Assembly: GCA_038870975.1 (NCBI GenBank)
Contig: JAVZJD010000001.1
Location: 160,001-224,000 of the forward strand
Direction of reading: 5' to 3'
DNA length: 64,000 nt
DNA from: Candidatus Bathyarchaeia archaeon
GTDB lineage: Archaea; Thermoproteota; CALKCG01; B24
Shown: in pieces, positions 49,129 through 59,363 of the stretch
Layout of the letters: every line of letters begins with the position of its first letter
How positions within the stretch are numbered: position 1 is the first letter of the stretch
Position numbers and translations under genes: made by a program
Notes under the pieces: model-generated
What the model was told of the DNA's origin: nothing
The model's input: the letters and a program-made list of their open reading frames with translations, nothing else
Database searches by the model: none

Positions 49129-50202
49129 ATGGGTGAACGCGTAAGATTTGGATATGTGGGTTGCGGCTTTATGGCTCAGAAGGTGCATATTCCAAATTTC
49201 AAAAGTATACCTGAATGCGAATTTCTAGCTATAGCGGAAATTAGGGAAAAATTAGGGAGGAAAGTTCAAATGAGGTATGGAATTCCACGCTTCTATAGAA
49301 GCCATTTAGAGCTGGCCGACGACCCAGATATAGATGCAGTAGGTGTCTCAGCGCATTTCGCATTGCAGGGTGAAATAGCAAGAGACCTATTAAACGCTGG
49401 GAAGCACGTATTCATGGAGAAACCTATGGCGGTCTCAATCGAACAGGCTGAGAGAATACTTACTACAAGTAAAGCCAAAAAGAGCCGGCTAATGGTTGCC
49501 TATATGAAGCGTTATGATGCTGGAAATGAGCTAGTTAAAAACCTCATATCTAATTTTACCAAGACTAACGAACTTGGAAGAATAATCCTAGTTCGAAACC
49601 ACGGTTTCTGCGGTGAATGGATATGCAACATAGATACACCTATGGAGACGACTGATGAAAAACCACCTGAACCTCCGATTATAAAGCCTAAATGGCTACC
49701 AGATGAATATCTAAATTCATATATAGGCTATCTACAACAGTACACGCATAACGTTAATCTGTTAAGATGGTTCCTCGACGCAGATGATAAAGTAGTCGTA
49801 AAATACGTAGACTTCGATGGAGATGGAATGACTGGCATAGTGATTTTTAACATGAATGGTATAAGAGCAACCATTGAATCTGGTCAAATGTCACACTATC
49901 GATGGGATGAGGTGACTGAAGTATACTTCCAACACGGCTGGATAAAGACTTGGGCACCTCCATTACTACTAAAGAATACTCCAGCTGAAGTAGAGGTGTA
50001 TAAAGCTGGTGGAATCCAAGAGTTTATACGTCCTATACCTAAACCGATGTGGACATGGTCTTATAAACGAGAGGCAGAACACTTCATACATCGTATATTG
50101 AGTGGAGAGCCATTTCGCTCATCCGGCGAAGATGCTCTAATCGATGTTAGAGTTCTTGAGGATATTTACATTTTATATTTGAAGAGTAAAGGAGTACTTT
50201 AG
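49129..50202 (+). CDS. Gfo/Idh/MocA family NAD(P)-dependent oxidoreductase
   Basis: VGCGFMA..VH, GKHVFMEKP, AYMKRYD. Confidence 0.88.
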   Translation: MGERVRFGYVGCGFMAQKVHIPNFKSIPECEFLAIAEIREKLGRKVQMRYGIPRFYRSHLELADDPDIDAVGVSAHFALQGEIARDLLNAGKHVFMEKPMAVSIEQAERILTTSKAKKSRLMVAYMKRYDAGNELVKNLISNFTKTNELGRIILVRNHGFCGEWICNIDTPMETTDEKPPEPPIIKPKWLPDEYLNSYIGYLQQYTHNVNLLRWFLDADDKVVVKYVDFDGDGMTGIVIFNMNGIRATIESGQMSHYRWDEVTEVYFQHGWIKTWAPPLLLKNTPAEVEVYKAGGIQEFIRPIPKPMWTWSYKREAEHFIHRILSGEPFRSSGEDALIDVRVLEDIYILYLKSKGVL

Positions 50203-50456
50203 AGGCGCTTACCCATAATTTATCTTACCTTTTCATGGATTAATAGTCATTTATTTTCCACTTCTGAATTTTCTTGAAAATCCTAATAAATCGTTCATGG
50301 TTTTACGATATCTCCATAGATTATTGTAAATCTCAAAAGCAGAATTTTTCTAGGCTTAGATATGGTACCTATAGGACATTTTAAGCCGTTTTGTAAAAAA
50401 TCTTCGAAAACCTTAAAAGTGTAAAATTAGATTTTGCTTTTAAAAGTGAGTATGAG

Positions 50457-50948
50457 TTGGGATTAGACTTTATTTTTAGAAATTTTAGACCTCAGGACTT
50501 GGATGCAGTTATGCATATAAATTTAACGTGTCTACCCGAAAACTATACTCCTTCGTTCTACATGAGCCACTATGAAAGCTTTCCAAGAGCTTTCTTTGTC
50601 GCTGAAATAAACAATAGGGTTATAGGCTACGTGATGTCAAGAGTTGAGAGGGGGATGTCCAACCATAAACCGATAAGCATAGTTAAGAAAGGCCATATAA
50701 TCTCTATAGCTGTTCTACCAGAGTATAGACGTAAAGGTGTTGGAAGATCACTTATGATAAACTCTCTGAAAGGACTTAAAGAATATGGCGCTGAGGAATG
50801 TTATCTCGAAGTCCGTGTTTCAAATACGCCAGCCATAAACCTATATAGAAGCTTAAACTTTGAAATTATCCGTGTAATTAAAGGGTATTACTTAAATGGA
50901 GAAGACGCCTACCTTATGAGCAGAAAATTGGACTCATTAGACATTTAA
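50457..50948 (+). CDS. Protein N-terminal acetyltransferase (Ard1-like GNAT)
   Basis: INL.CLPENY, GHIISIAV.PEYRR.G.G, LEVRVSN, YY.NGEDA. Confidence 0.88.
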   Translation: MGLDFIFRNFRPQDLDAVMHINLTCLPENYTPSFYMSHYESFPRAFFVAEINNRVIGYVMSRVERGMSNHKPISIVKKGHIISIAVLPEYRRKGVGRSLMINSLKGLKEYGAEECYLEVRVSNTPAINLYRSLNFEIIRVIKGYYLNGEDAYLMSRKLDSLDI

Positions 50949-51047
50949 CTCTTTTCTCTATCCTAGGTTAAGCGGTTGAAAATTGTTACTATCAATATTT
51001 AAATGAGGAAAATGCTTTTCAGACAGCGAAGGAGAGTATAGGTACAT

Positions 51048-52220
51048 GTGAAACGCAACTGGATAACAGGTGTATATTTAGCTTTTATTTTTTCAAACTT
51101 AGGCTATTCACTATGGTATTCCCTACTCCCCATATACCTTAGAGGGCTTGGATTTGAAGCATGGCAGATAGGCTTTGTGTTTTCCCTTTTGAATTTAGCA
51201 ACGAGTTTATCCTACTTAACGTTAGTCTCATTTTCAGAAATTGTTGGTAGAGGGAGAACACTTATCATAGGCTTCGGTATGTCAGCTGCAGTACTACTAG
51301 TATTGGCATTTATAAAAAATCCATTCTGCATAGTTGCTTTGATTATCTTATACAGTCTCCTAGGGGGTTTGAAGACGCCGGTGGGTGAAGCAACTATAGC
51401 AGACATGGGTAGAAGTTTAGGATTCTCGCTATCAATATTCTACCTAGCGACTACGGCAGCAAGTATAGTTGGTTCTGCTCTTTCAGGCTATCTGGCTATG
51501 TCTTTGGGTTTTTCGATGCTTTTCATAATAGCAGGGGTTTTAACGGTTTTCTCAGTGACATTTATAGTTTTCACGTATGATTACTCTAAGAGATACTCTA
51601 AAATATCAAGCCAAACTCTAAAAAGGTCCTTTGAAAACATAAGATTAATGCTCTCAGATAAAACCATGGTGAATTTTACTACTGCTTTGATTTTCCATAG
51701 TTTAGGTTTCTCCATGATAAATCCGTTGGTTCAGCTTTACGCTAAGGAGGTTTTAAACTTCGACGAGCAGAGTATAGGTATAGTAATGGCTATGTGGAAT
51801 ATGGGGCTTTTACTAGCACAAATACCATCAGGTGGACTTACAGACAGATTCGGAGGGATGGCAATGTTAGCTGCACATATAACTCTTTCATCTGCCTCTT
51901 GGATTTTCTACTGTCTATCGAAGACATGGGGTGAGACCATATTTTCAGCTTTCATACTTGGAGTTGTAGGGGCTTTAGATATGCCTGCTAGAAGAAGTGT
52001 AATAGTTCAGCTCAAGAGACATATTGACTCCGCCTCTATCATAGGATATATAGATGCTCTAACAAATTTGACTTTCACATTGGGCTCATCTTTGGGGGGA
52101 GTACTATGGAGCACTTTGGGGTATAGCATGCCATTCATAGTAGGATCGGTTGTAAATATGTTTGCTTTAATCCCACTCATAACTCTTATCTCATCGAGAA
52201 GAGAATACTCTAGTATTTAG
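51048..52220 (+). CDS. MFS transporter
   Basis: About 12 TM; G.LTDRFG motif in second half. Confidence 0.85.
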   Translation: MKRNWITGVYLAFIFSNLGYSLWYSLLPIYLRGLGFEAWQIGFVFSLLNLATSLSYLTLVSFSEIVGRGRTLIIGFGMSAAVLLVLAFIKNPFCIVALIILYSLLGGLKTPVGEATIADMGRSLGFSLSIFYLATTAASIVGSALSGYLAMSLGFSMLFIIAGVLTVFSVTFIVFTYDYSKRYSKISSQTLKRSFENIRLMLSDKTMVNFTTALIFHSLGFSMINPLVQLYAKEVLNFDEQSIGIVMAMWNMGLLLAQIPSGGLTDRFGGMAMLAAHITLSSASWIFYCLSKTWGETIFSAFILGVVGALDMPARRSVIVQLKRHIDSASIIGYIDALTNLTFTLGSSLGGVLWSTLGYSMPFIVGSVVNMFALIPLITLISSRREYSSI

Positions 52221-52229
52221 GGGACTGGT

Positions 52230-53576
52230 ATGGAGCTATTAATATGCGGTGGAAGCGTAGTTACAATGAGCGAAAAAGGCATAATTAGAGAGGGCGCTAT
52301 ATTAGTTGATGAAGATAGAATAATTGAAGTAGGTAAGTGTGAAGACGTTAAACGTAGAAGCCCGAGAGGCTGTGAAAAGTTAAATGCTAAAGGTAGAATT
52401 GTTCTGCCGGGACTTATAAATACACACCATCACTTAGCCATGAGTCTTCTTAGAGGGTATGCTGACGATATGCCTCTAAAAGAATGGCTTGAGGAAAAAA
52501 TATGGCCTGTAGAGTCGCTTATGACTAGTAGAGATATTTACCTTGGTGCAAAGCTTACGGCAGTCGAATCTGCACTTGGGGGATGTACAACAGTGAATAC
52601 CATGTACCACTATTCGACTGAATTTAATGAAGCTAAGGCAATAGCTGAAGTCGGTATTAGAGGAGTTGTTGGACATGTATGTTTCTCTTGGCGGAAAAAT
52701 GAAGATCTGAAACTCACAAGATCGTTGGTTGAAATGTGGCACGGGGCTGAAAATGGTAGAATAAGGGTTAGCGTAGATCCACACGCTCCTTACACTGTAG
52801 ATCCAAATTATATGGTTGAACTTTGGAATACTACATTAGAATTAAACGAAAAGTTTGGAGAGAAGGGATCGATTATATCGCATATACACTTGGCTGAGAC
52901 CGTGGATGAAGCTGATAAAGTTAGAAGTATGTTCAACGTCGACGTGGGTAATGGGGTCGTAGAATACCTCGATAAACTTGGAGTTTTAAGTGGGTTAACG
53001 TTAGCCGCACACTGTGTCCATCTTTCAGAAAGAGATATAGCAATACTATCTCATAGGGGTGTTAAAGTTTCCCACAACCCTATTTCAAACCTCAAACTCG
53101 GCTCGGGTATAAGTCCAGTACCTAGGCTTTTAGAGGCTGGTGTAAAAGTCGGCCTTGGAACAGATAGTGTATGTTCAAACAATAGCTCCGATATGTTTGA
53201 AACTATAAAGTTTGCAGCTCTAATACATAAAGGTGTACATATGAACCCGTCTATTATGAGCGCCTGGAAGGTTTTACAGATGGCTACTATAGATGGAGCT
53301 AAAGCATTAAACTGGGATTGTGAGATAGGTTCTATAGAGCCTGGAAAGAAGGCAGATATAGTGGTGGTTAATGTTATGAAACCACATACAATACCTATGT
53401 ACAGCGAGGTGAGCCATTTGGTCTACACGGTAAAGAGTAGCGATGTTGAAACAGTTATCGTAGATGGGAAGATTATCGTAGAGAATCGTGAGATCAAGAC
53501 CGTTAAAATCGAGGAATTGATGGAGGAATTTTTAAAAGCCAGAGATAGTCTTATAGAGAGAGCTGGCGTGAAATAA
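52230..53576 (+). CDS. Amidohydrolase, MTA/SAH deaminase-like
   Basis: PGLINTHHH, PHAPYT, HIHLAET, AAHCVH, HNP.SNLKL.SG, LGTD. Confidence 0.82.
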   Translation: MELLICGGSVVTMSEKGIIREGAILVDEDRIIEVGKCEDVKRRSPRGCEKLNAKGRIVLPGLINTHHHLAMSLLRGYADDMPLKEWLEEKIWPVESLMTSRDIYLGAKLTAVESALGGCTTVNTMYHYSTEFNEAKAIAEVGIRGVVGHVCFSWRKNEDLKLTRSLVEMWHGAENGRIRVSVDPHAPYTVDPNYMVELWNTTLELNEKFGEKGSIISHIHLAETVDEADKVRSMFNVDVGNGVVEYLDKLGVLSGLTLAAHCVHLSERDIAILSHRGVKVSHNPISNLKLGSGISPVPRLLEAGVKVGLGTDSVCSNNSSDMFETIKFAALIHKGVHMNPSIMSAWKVLQMATIDGAKALNWDCEIGSIEPGKKADIVVVNVMKPHTIPMYSEVSHLVYTVKSSDVETVIVDGKIIVENREIKTVKIEELMEEFLKARDSLIERAGVK

Positions 53577-53723
53577 CCATAGCTAATGGCCGCTGACCTG
53601 TTTAGAAGTTCGATGAAATTGCTTGATTTTTGTTTAAAAATGGTGGAATTGACCGATTTTAAGTACAAATAAATAAATAAAAAAGTATATATTTTTGTAC
53701 ATCCACATGAATTTCTGATTCTC

Positions 53724-53990
53724 TTGAAGACGACGGTTTTCACAACTCCTAATTGTCCGAATTGTAAGCTCTTGAAAGACTTCCTAGAGAAATTGGGGAT
53801 TTCATACGACGAGAAGAACTTACTAGATTTAGATGTTCAAACAGAACTTATAATGATGGATATATTTACTATGTCAGCACCCATTTTGAAAATAGGGAAA
53901 CGTATACTAACATTTAAAGAGCTTTTCGAAGGAGGTAAATTGAATGAAAAATTGATAATTAACGTACTGGAGGCTGAGGAGAATGGTTGA
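53724..53990 (+). CDS. Glutaredoxin/NrdH-like redoxin
   Basis: CPNC active site, thioredoxin-fold cis-Pro motif SAP; overlaps nrdD start. Confidence 0.8.
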   Translation: MKTTVFTTPNCPNCKLLKDFLEKLGISYDEKNLLDLDVQTELIMMDIFTMSAPILKIGKRILTFKELFEGGKLNEKLIINVLEAEENG

Positions 53991-56900
53991 TGTTGTTAAA
54001 CCTCTCCCAATGGTTAGGTCTTCCAGCGGACACTTTATCCCTTGGAATAGGCAGAATATCGTAAACTCTTTACTTAAAGAGACGAAGCTTGCAACTATGT
54101 TCTTCGGCGTTAGACCAATGACTGAAGAAGAGGCCGAATCCATAGCTTTAGAAGTCGAAGCAAAGATAAAAAGTATGGATTTAAAATTCATTTCAGGACC
54201 ATTGATAAGAGAAATAGTTAACACGGTTCTCCTTGAGAAGGGCTCTTTCAACCCTCTATACCGGATATACCGTAATGTTTACACACGTGTTGGAACACCT
54301 GTATACGATGCATATGAAATAGACGTCGGAAAAGGATTTGAAGCAAAGGAAAACGCCAATCTCCAGCCCAACGCAGAAACATCGCATAAGAAGAAGGCTG
54401 ATAAAACATCTAAAGAAGAGTACTTGCTTCTAATGCCGATAGAGCTTGCAGATGCGCATTTGAAAGGAGAAATACACATACACGATTTAGAATATTTTGG
54501 AACAAGACCCTTCTGCCAGGATTGGGATCTCAGATATTTCTTCTATTATGGTTTTATGCCCGATGGTATGGGTATTAAAACCTCTGTAGCCAGAGCCGCT
54601 CAAAGGGCTGAAGTTGCTGTTCTACATTCGGTCAAAGTTTTAGCAGCTGCTCAGACGAATTTCTCAGGTGGAGAAGGTTTCTATAACTATTTGGTCTTCC
54701 TTGCTCCATATGTACGCGGTTTGAATTACGATAACGTTAAACAACTTATGCAGATGATGTTTTACGAGCTAACCCAAATCTATGTAGCTAGAGGGGGGCA
54801 ACCCGTTTTCTCGAATATTCAGATAACTCCCGGTGTTCCGAAACTTTGGGAAGACGTCCCTATAGTGGCTAGAGGAAGAATTGGACCTGATAAATATGGA
54901 GATTATGAAGATGAAGTTAGAATACTTTACAGAGCATTAAATGAAGTAGCACTTCAGGGTGACTACTGGGGCAAACCTTTCAATTTTCCAAAGCTTGAAA
55001 ACGGTATAGTGCCTGAGCTTTTCAACAATGAATATGATGAAGAGTGGCTTTTAGCTCATAAAGTCGTTGCAAAATTTGGCTCACCATACTTCGATAATAT
55101 GATACCTGAGTACAGGGGGTACGGTAAAGGTGTTTCATGTTACCAGTGTCTACCAGGTGATGAACTTGTTGTGGTTAGGAGAAATGGCTCTATCACCGCT
55201 CTTGAAGTCAGAGAAGTGAAAACAGAGGATGAAATACTATCGTGCTCTATGAATTCTTTCAACGTAGAGTTTTCAAGTCCGAAGTCTATGTTGATTAAAC
55301 CATACAATGGCTACATGTACACGTTACAACTCGAAGGAGGTAGGAGGATAAGAGTTACAGAGGACCATCCAATACCTGTACTCAGAAATGGAAAACAAAT
55401 AACAGTCCCAGCATGTGAGGTCAGACTTGGAGACGGTGTATTCATAGTATTAAAGTTTCCAAGAAATACAGTCAATGAAATTAACGTAGATGAAAGTATC
55501 TTATCGTCGAAAGCCAGATACAAACTCCCAGGGAATATAGCAGTTAATAGAGGATTTGCCGAGCTTCTAGGACTCTATTTAGCTAAGGGGGATGCTAAAA
55601 AAGTCCCTAGAGGAGGCATAGTTAGGTTTTCCTTTGGGAAACATGAAGGAGAGCTGGCTGGGTATGTTAAAAAGCTTTTAGAGGACATCTTTCACGTTAA
55701 AGCGCATATATGTGAGTTTAAGACGGCGATCGTCGTTCAAGCTGGTAGCATACAGTTGTATCGTTTTCTAGTTGAACAACTTAAAGTTGGACGCACTTCG
55801 TCAGAGAAGGATGTACCAACAATAGTATTTCAATTTCCAAATGACGCCATATGGGCGTTTCTAAAGGGTGTTTTCAAAGGCGATGGGGGGTTGTTTATGG
55901 GCAAAAACCAGCGGGGTTATAAGACATACAGTTTACAACTACGGCTGTCTTCTAAGAAGGCTTGTCAGAAAATAGTTCTCTTATCTGGATTTGTTGGTCT
56001 ACCGTTAAACTATTATGAACATAGATACGGTATGAATAATAAGAAAATCTACGTATGTAGGTTAACCTCAAGAAGGGCTATCGAATGCTTTATGAGGGAG
56101 GAGCCAGTTGTAAAAGATTCTAGAATCACCTTAAAAGTTAAGAAAATTGACCGTGAGAAGTTTAATGGAATCGTCTACGATCCAGTTGAAATTAAGGGTA
56201 ATCATTTCGTTAATGCTCTTGGAGTTATAACACATAATTGTTGTGCATATAATTTTGTCGATACTCCGGATGGCGACCCCGAGTTTGAAGAAAAACTATA
56301 CTTTGTCGACGGTAAACATTTCAGTATGGGTTCTTGGCAGGTTGTCACTATAAACCTTCCGAGGGCAGCTTATAAATCTAAAGGTGAAGACGATAGGCTC
56401 TATGAGGAGGTTGAAAGACTTATGGATGCTTGCGTAGATGTATTCAAAACCAAGAATCAATGGATGACGCTGATGATTGAAAACAATAGAATACCATTTG
56501 CAACACAGAGGCCAAAAGATCCCGTTACGGGCAACCGGGGACCACCACCTGTGAATTTTGAAGAGCTGGTATGGACGATAGGAATAGTCGGAGTGAATGA
56601 AATGGTTCAATACCATACGGGATATCAACTTCATGAATCCGATGAGGCTGTTAAAGTGGCGGTTAGACTTATACTGGAGATGAAGAAGTATATTAAAGAA
56701 CTCGAAGAGAAGAGTGGCTTTAAACTAGCATTAGCACGTACACCAGCTGAGTCTTGCGCCCAGAGATTGGCTGTCTGCGACTTAATAGACCCAGAGTTTA
56801 AAGACGCTGCTAGAAAAGTCGTTAAAGGCGATTTAGAGGCTACTGAGAGGCTCTTAACTATGGGTGAACGCGATGTACCTATTTACTACAGCAATGGTAC

Positions 56901-57276
56901 CCATGTCTACGTAGGTGCTAGAATACCACTGTTGGAGAGGATGAGGATAGAGAACAAGTTCTTTCCGATTCTAAACGGAGGGAACATGTTCCACATTTGG
57001 CTGGGAGAAGCGACTTCAGACCCTGAGGCTCTTTATAAGTTTACTAAACGTATTGCATTTCAAACTCAAATAGGATATTTCGCATATACTAAAGACTTAA
57101 CGATCTGTGAAGACTGCAATAGAGTTTCAGGTGGATTAAATTCCTACTGTTTAGAGTGCGGTTCGACGAGAGTTAGATGGTGGTCTAGAGTCACTGGATA
57201 CTACCAGGAAGTCAAGGGCTGGAATAGAGCTAAAAGACATGAATTTTTTGAGAGATACAGAGTTTCAATAACCTAG
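53983..57276 (+). CDS. nrdD: Anaerobic (class III) ribonucleoside-triphosphate reductase with ATP cone and intein
   Basis: ATP cone, HIHDLEY, PFC, TINLPR, TPAES, CxxC..CxxC Zn site, glycyl-radical loop SRVTGYY. Confidence 0.93.
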   Translation: MVDVVKPLPMVRSSSGHFIPWNRQNIVNSLLKETKLATMFFGVRPMTEEEAESIALEVEAKIKSMDLKFISGPLIREIVNTVLLEKGSFNPLYRIYRNVYTRVGTPVYDAYEIDVGKGFEAKENANLQPNAETSHKKKADKTSKEEYLLLMPIELADAHLKGEIHIHDLEYFGTRPFCQDWDLRYFFYYGFMPDGMGIKTSVARAAQRAEVAVLHSVKVLAAAQTNFSGGEGFYNYLVFLAPYVRGLNYDNVKQLMQMMFYELTQIYVARGGQPVFSNIQITPGVPKLWEDVPIVARGRIGPDKYGDYEDEVRILYRALNEVALQGDYWGKPFNFPKLENGIVPELFNNEYDEEWLLAHKVVAKFGSPYFDNMIPEYRGYGKGVSCYQCLPGDELVVVRRNGSITALEVREVKTEDEILSCSMNSFNVEFSSPKSMLIKPYNGYMYTLQLEGGRRIRVTEDHPIPVLRNGKQITVPACEVRLGDGVFIVLKFPRNTVNEINVDESILSSKARYKLPGNIAVNRGFAELLGLYLAKGDAKKVPRGGIVRFSFGKHEGELAGYVKKLLEDIFHVKAHICEFKTAIVVQAGSIQLYRFLVEQLKVGRTSSEKDVPTIVFQFPNDAIWAFLKGVFKGDGGLFMGKNQRGYKTYSLQLRLSSKKACQKIVLLSGFVGLPLNYYEHRYGMNNKKIYVCRLTSRRAIECFMREEPVVKDSRITLKVKKIDREKFNGIVYDPVEIKGNHFVNALGVITHNCCAYNFVDTPDGDPEFEEKLYFVDGKHFSMGSWQVVTINLPRAAYKSKGEDDRLYEEVERLMDACVDVFKTKNQWMTLMIENNRIPFATQRPKDPVTGNRGPPPVNFEELVWTIGIVGVNEMVQYHTGYQLHESDEAVKVAVRLILEMKKYIKELEEKSGFKLALARTPAESCAQRLAVCDLIDPEFKDAARKVVKGDLEATERLLTMGERDVPIYYSNGTHVYVGARIPLLERMRIENKFFPILNGGNMFHIWLGEATSDPEALYKFTKRIAFQTQIGYFAYTKDLTICEDCNRVSGGLNSYCLECGSTRVRWWSRVTGYYQEVKGWNRAKRHEFFERYRVSIT
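55147..56238 (+). mobile_element. Intein (364 aa) with LAGLIDADG homing-endonuclease domain in nrdD
   Basis: Block A CLPGD, block B VTEDHP, blocks C/E LLGLYLAKGD and FLKGVFKGDG, terminal THN followed by Cys; exteins join as SCYQ|CCAY. Confidence 0.92.
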
Positions 57277-57303
57277 CAGTATTTCTTTCTGGAGGCTTTT
57301 CCT

Positions 57304-58014
57304 GTGAATATCAAGGGATTTATCGATGTAAGCCTCATAGACTGGGATGGATATGTTGTCTCAGTAATTTGGACACCAGGTTGCAACTTCAGATGCCCAT
57401 TTTGCTTTAATAAAACGCTGGTATTGAATCCAGAATCGCTACAGAATATTCCCGAGGAAACAATCCTAGATTTTCTTGAAGAAAATAAAAATATTCTCGA
57501 CGGATTATGTATAACGGGTGGAGAGCCTACCATTCAAACAGATTTGGACTTATTCTGTTCCAAAGTTAAGAGGCTCGGTTTAAAGGTTAAATTGGATTCC
57601 AACGGTTCAAAACCAGAAGTCCTCAGAAGTCTAATTTTAAACAACCTCGTGGACTTTATCGCCCTAGATATTAAGGCACCCCTTAACCTAGAAAGCTATG
57701 AAAAAGCTTCTGGGGTACGATCTGAAGAATTGATTAAGAAGATTGTGGAGAGTATAAGACTCCTTATGACTTCAGGTGTAGATTATGAGTTCAGGACAAC
57801 TATTGTACCGAGTTTGCACAGCGAGTTTGAAGTTGAGCAAATCTGTAAAGCCATAAGGGGGGCTAAAAAATATGTTTTACAAGCTTACAACCCTAGGGAT
57901 CCTATTGATCCTAGGTTTAAAGACGTTGAAATACCTAGCCGAAGCTTTATGCTTCGACTAGCTGAAATAGCTTCAAAATATGTAGAGAAGGTATCTATTA
58001 GAGGGATATCTTAG
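57304..58014 (+). CDS. nrdG: Anaerobic RNR activating enzyme (radical SAM)
   Basis: GCNFRCPFCFN, ITGGEP, KLDSNG, EFRTT; follows nrdD. Confidence 0.9.
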   Translation: MNIKGFIDVSLIDWDGYVVSVIWTPGCNFRCPFCFNKTLVLNPESLQNIPEETILDFLEENKNILDGLCITGGEPTIQTDLDLFCSKVKRLGLKVKLDSNGSKPEVLRSLILNNLVDFIALDIKAPLNLESYEKASGVRSEELIKKIVESIRLLMTSGVDYEFRTTIVPSLHSEFEVEQICKAIRGAKKYVLQAYNPRDPIDPRFKDVEIPSRSFMLRLAEIASKYVEKVSIRGIS

Positions 58015-59336
58015 GGCAGTATCCTTTCTGGATCTCTAGGTATTAAAGTAGCTTCTCTAATATTCTCGATTTTTAAAATGGTTGAGGTTAGTCTCTCAAG
58101 TCCAGTCCCAGACCCACCATGAGGTGGTACGCCACATTTGAAAAACTCTAGGTAGAAACTTAGGTCTTCAGGATTTAAGCCTTTCTCAATACACTGGTCA
58201 ATTAGCCTATGATATCTATGCTCTCTTTGACCTCCTGTAGTTACTTCTAGACCGCTCCATATGAGGTCGAAAGACCTAGTCCAATCAGGCTCTTCTTCAA
58301 TCCTCATCGTGTAAAATGGTCTAGGCTTCCAAGGGAACTCAGTTAAGAAGAACTGTTTATAACCGTATTCCCTCTCCACGATGTTTGAAAGTTTTCTCTC
58401 ACCTTCTGGGTTTAAATCTTCCATGTAATCTGGTTTAAAGCCTTCAGATTCCAACAGTTTATAAGCTTCACGCATCGGTAATCTCAGTATTGGCGTTTTA
58501 ATAGGTTGTACTTCAACATTCAATATCTCAAGTTCCTCTTTACACTTTTTCGAAACCACCTCACAGACTGAGCTAATCATCCCCTCGACAATCCTCATAA
58601 CATCTTCGTCACTCTCTATGTAACTCATTTCAAAGTCTATGCTTACATATTCGCATAAGTGTCTAGGTGTGTGATGTTTTTCAGCTCTGAAGACAGGTCC
58701 TATTTCAAAGACTTTTTCAAAACCAGCCGCCATGAGCATTTGCTTATAGAATTGGGGGCTTTGGGCTAGGAAGACTTTTCTCCCGAAGTAATCTACGGGG
58801 AAGACGTTGGCACCAGACTCTGTTGCCTGAGCTACGAGTCTAGATGTGTGAACTTCTCTGAAGCCTCGCTCCCTGAAGAAATTATCTAAGGCTTCACAAA
58901 TAGTACTTTGAATTTTAAATATGGCCGCTACTCTTGGATTTCTAAGGTCTAGAAATCTATACCTGAGCCTTTTGTCTAAACCCGTTTTAATTATGTCTGT
59001 TCTGTAGAATTCTATGGCCGGTTGTTCTACAGCTTCGCACAGGACTTCAACACGTCTAGGCTTTAGTTCCAACCCTAATTTAGCAATATCGCTTTGGAAG
59101 GCATAGCCTTCGACGGCAATGACGCTTTCACGTTTAATTTTCCTAAGCAACTCAAATACTTCATCTGGGACCGAGTCTTTCTTAGCGGTGATTTGTATGA
59201 GTCCTGAAGAGTCTCTCAGAATCACGAAAACTATATTTTTTAGATCTCTAACTTCATGTACGAAACCAGCTACCACTACATCTCCTTTGGCCTCTCTAAT
59301 GGAAACCCGTCTCCTAAGATCGATCAAATCAAGCAC
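58011..59336 (-). CDS. aspS: Aspartate--tRNA ligase (archaeal type)
   Basis: OB fold, RLRYRFLDLR, LAQSPQFYKQ, FRAE.H.T.RHL.EY, GG.REH, PPHGG.G.GLER. Confidence 0.95.
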   Translation of the reverse strand: MLDLIDLRRRVSIREAKGDVVVAGFVHEVRDLKNIVFVILRDSSGLIQITAKKDSVPDEVFELLRKIKRESVIAVEGYAFQSDIAKLGLELKPRRVEVLCEAVEQPAIEFYRTDIIKTGLDKRLRYRFLDLRNPRVAAIFKIQSTICEALDNFFRERGFREVHTSRLVAQATESGANVFPVDYFGRKVFLAQSPQFYKQMLMAAGFEKVFEIGPVFRAEKHHTPRHLCEYVSIDFEMSYIESDEDVMRIVEGMISSVCEVVSKKCKEELEILNVEVQPIKTPILRLPMREAYKLLESEGFKPDYMEDLNPEGERKLSNIVEREYGYKQFFLTEFPWKPRPFYTMRIEEEPDWTRSFDLIWSGLEVTTGGQREHRYHRLIDQCIEKGLNPEDLSFYLEFFKCGVPPHGGSGTGLERLTSTILKIENIREATLIPRDPERILP

Positions 59337-59363
59337 ACTCTTGACCCTTATACAATTTGACTT

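Noticed and set aside
53663-53700. GTACAAA...TTTGTAC and TATATAT upstream of the nrd operon as an NrdR box
   Set aside because: Poor match to the bacterial consensus and coincides with the TATA box
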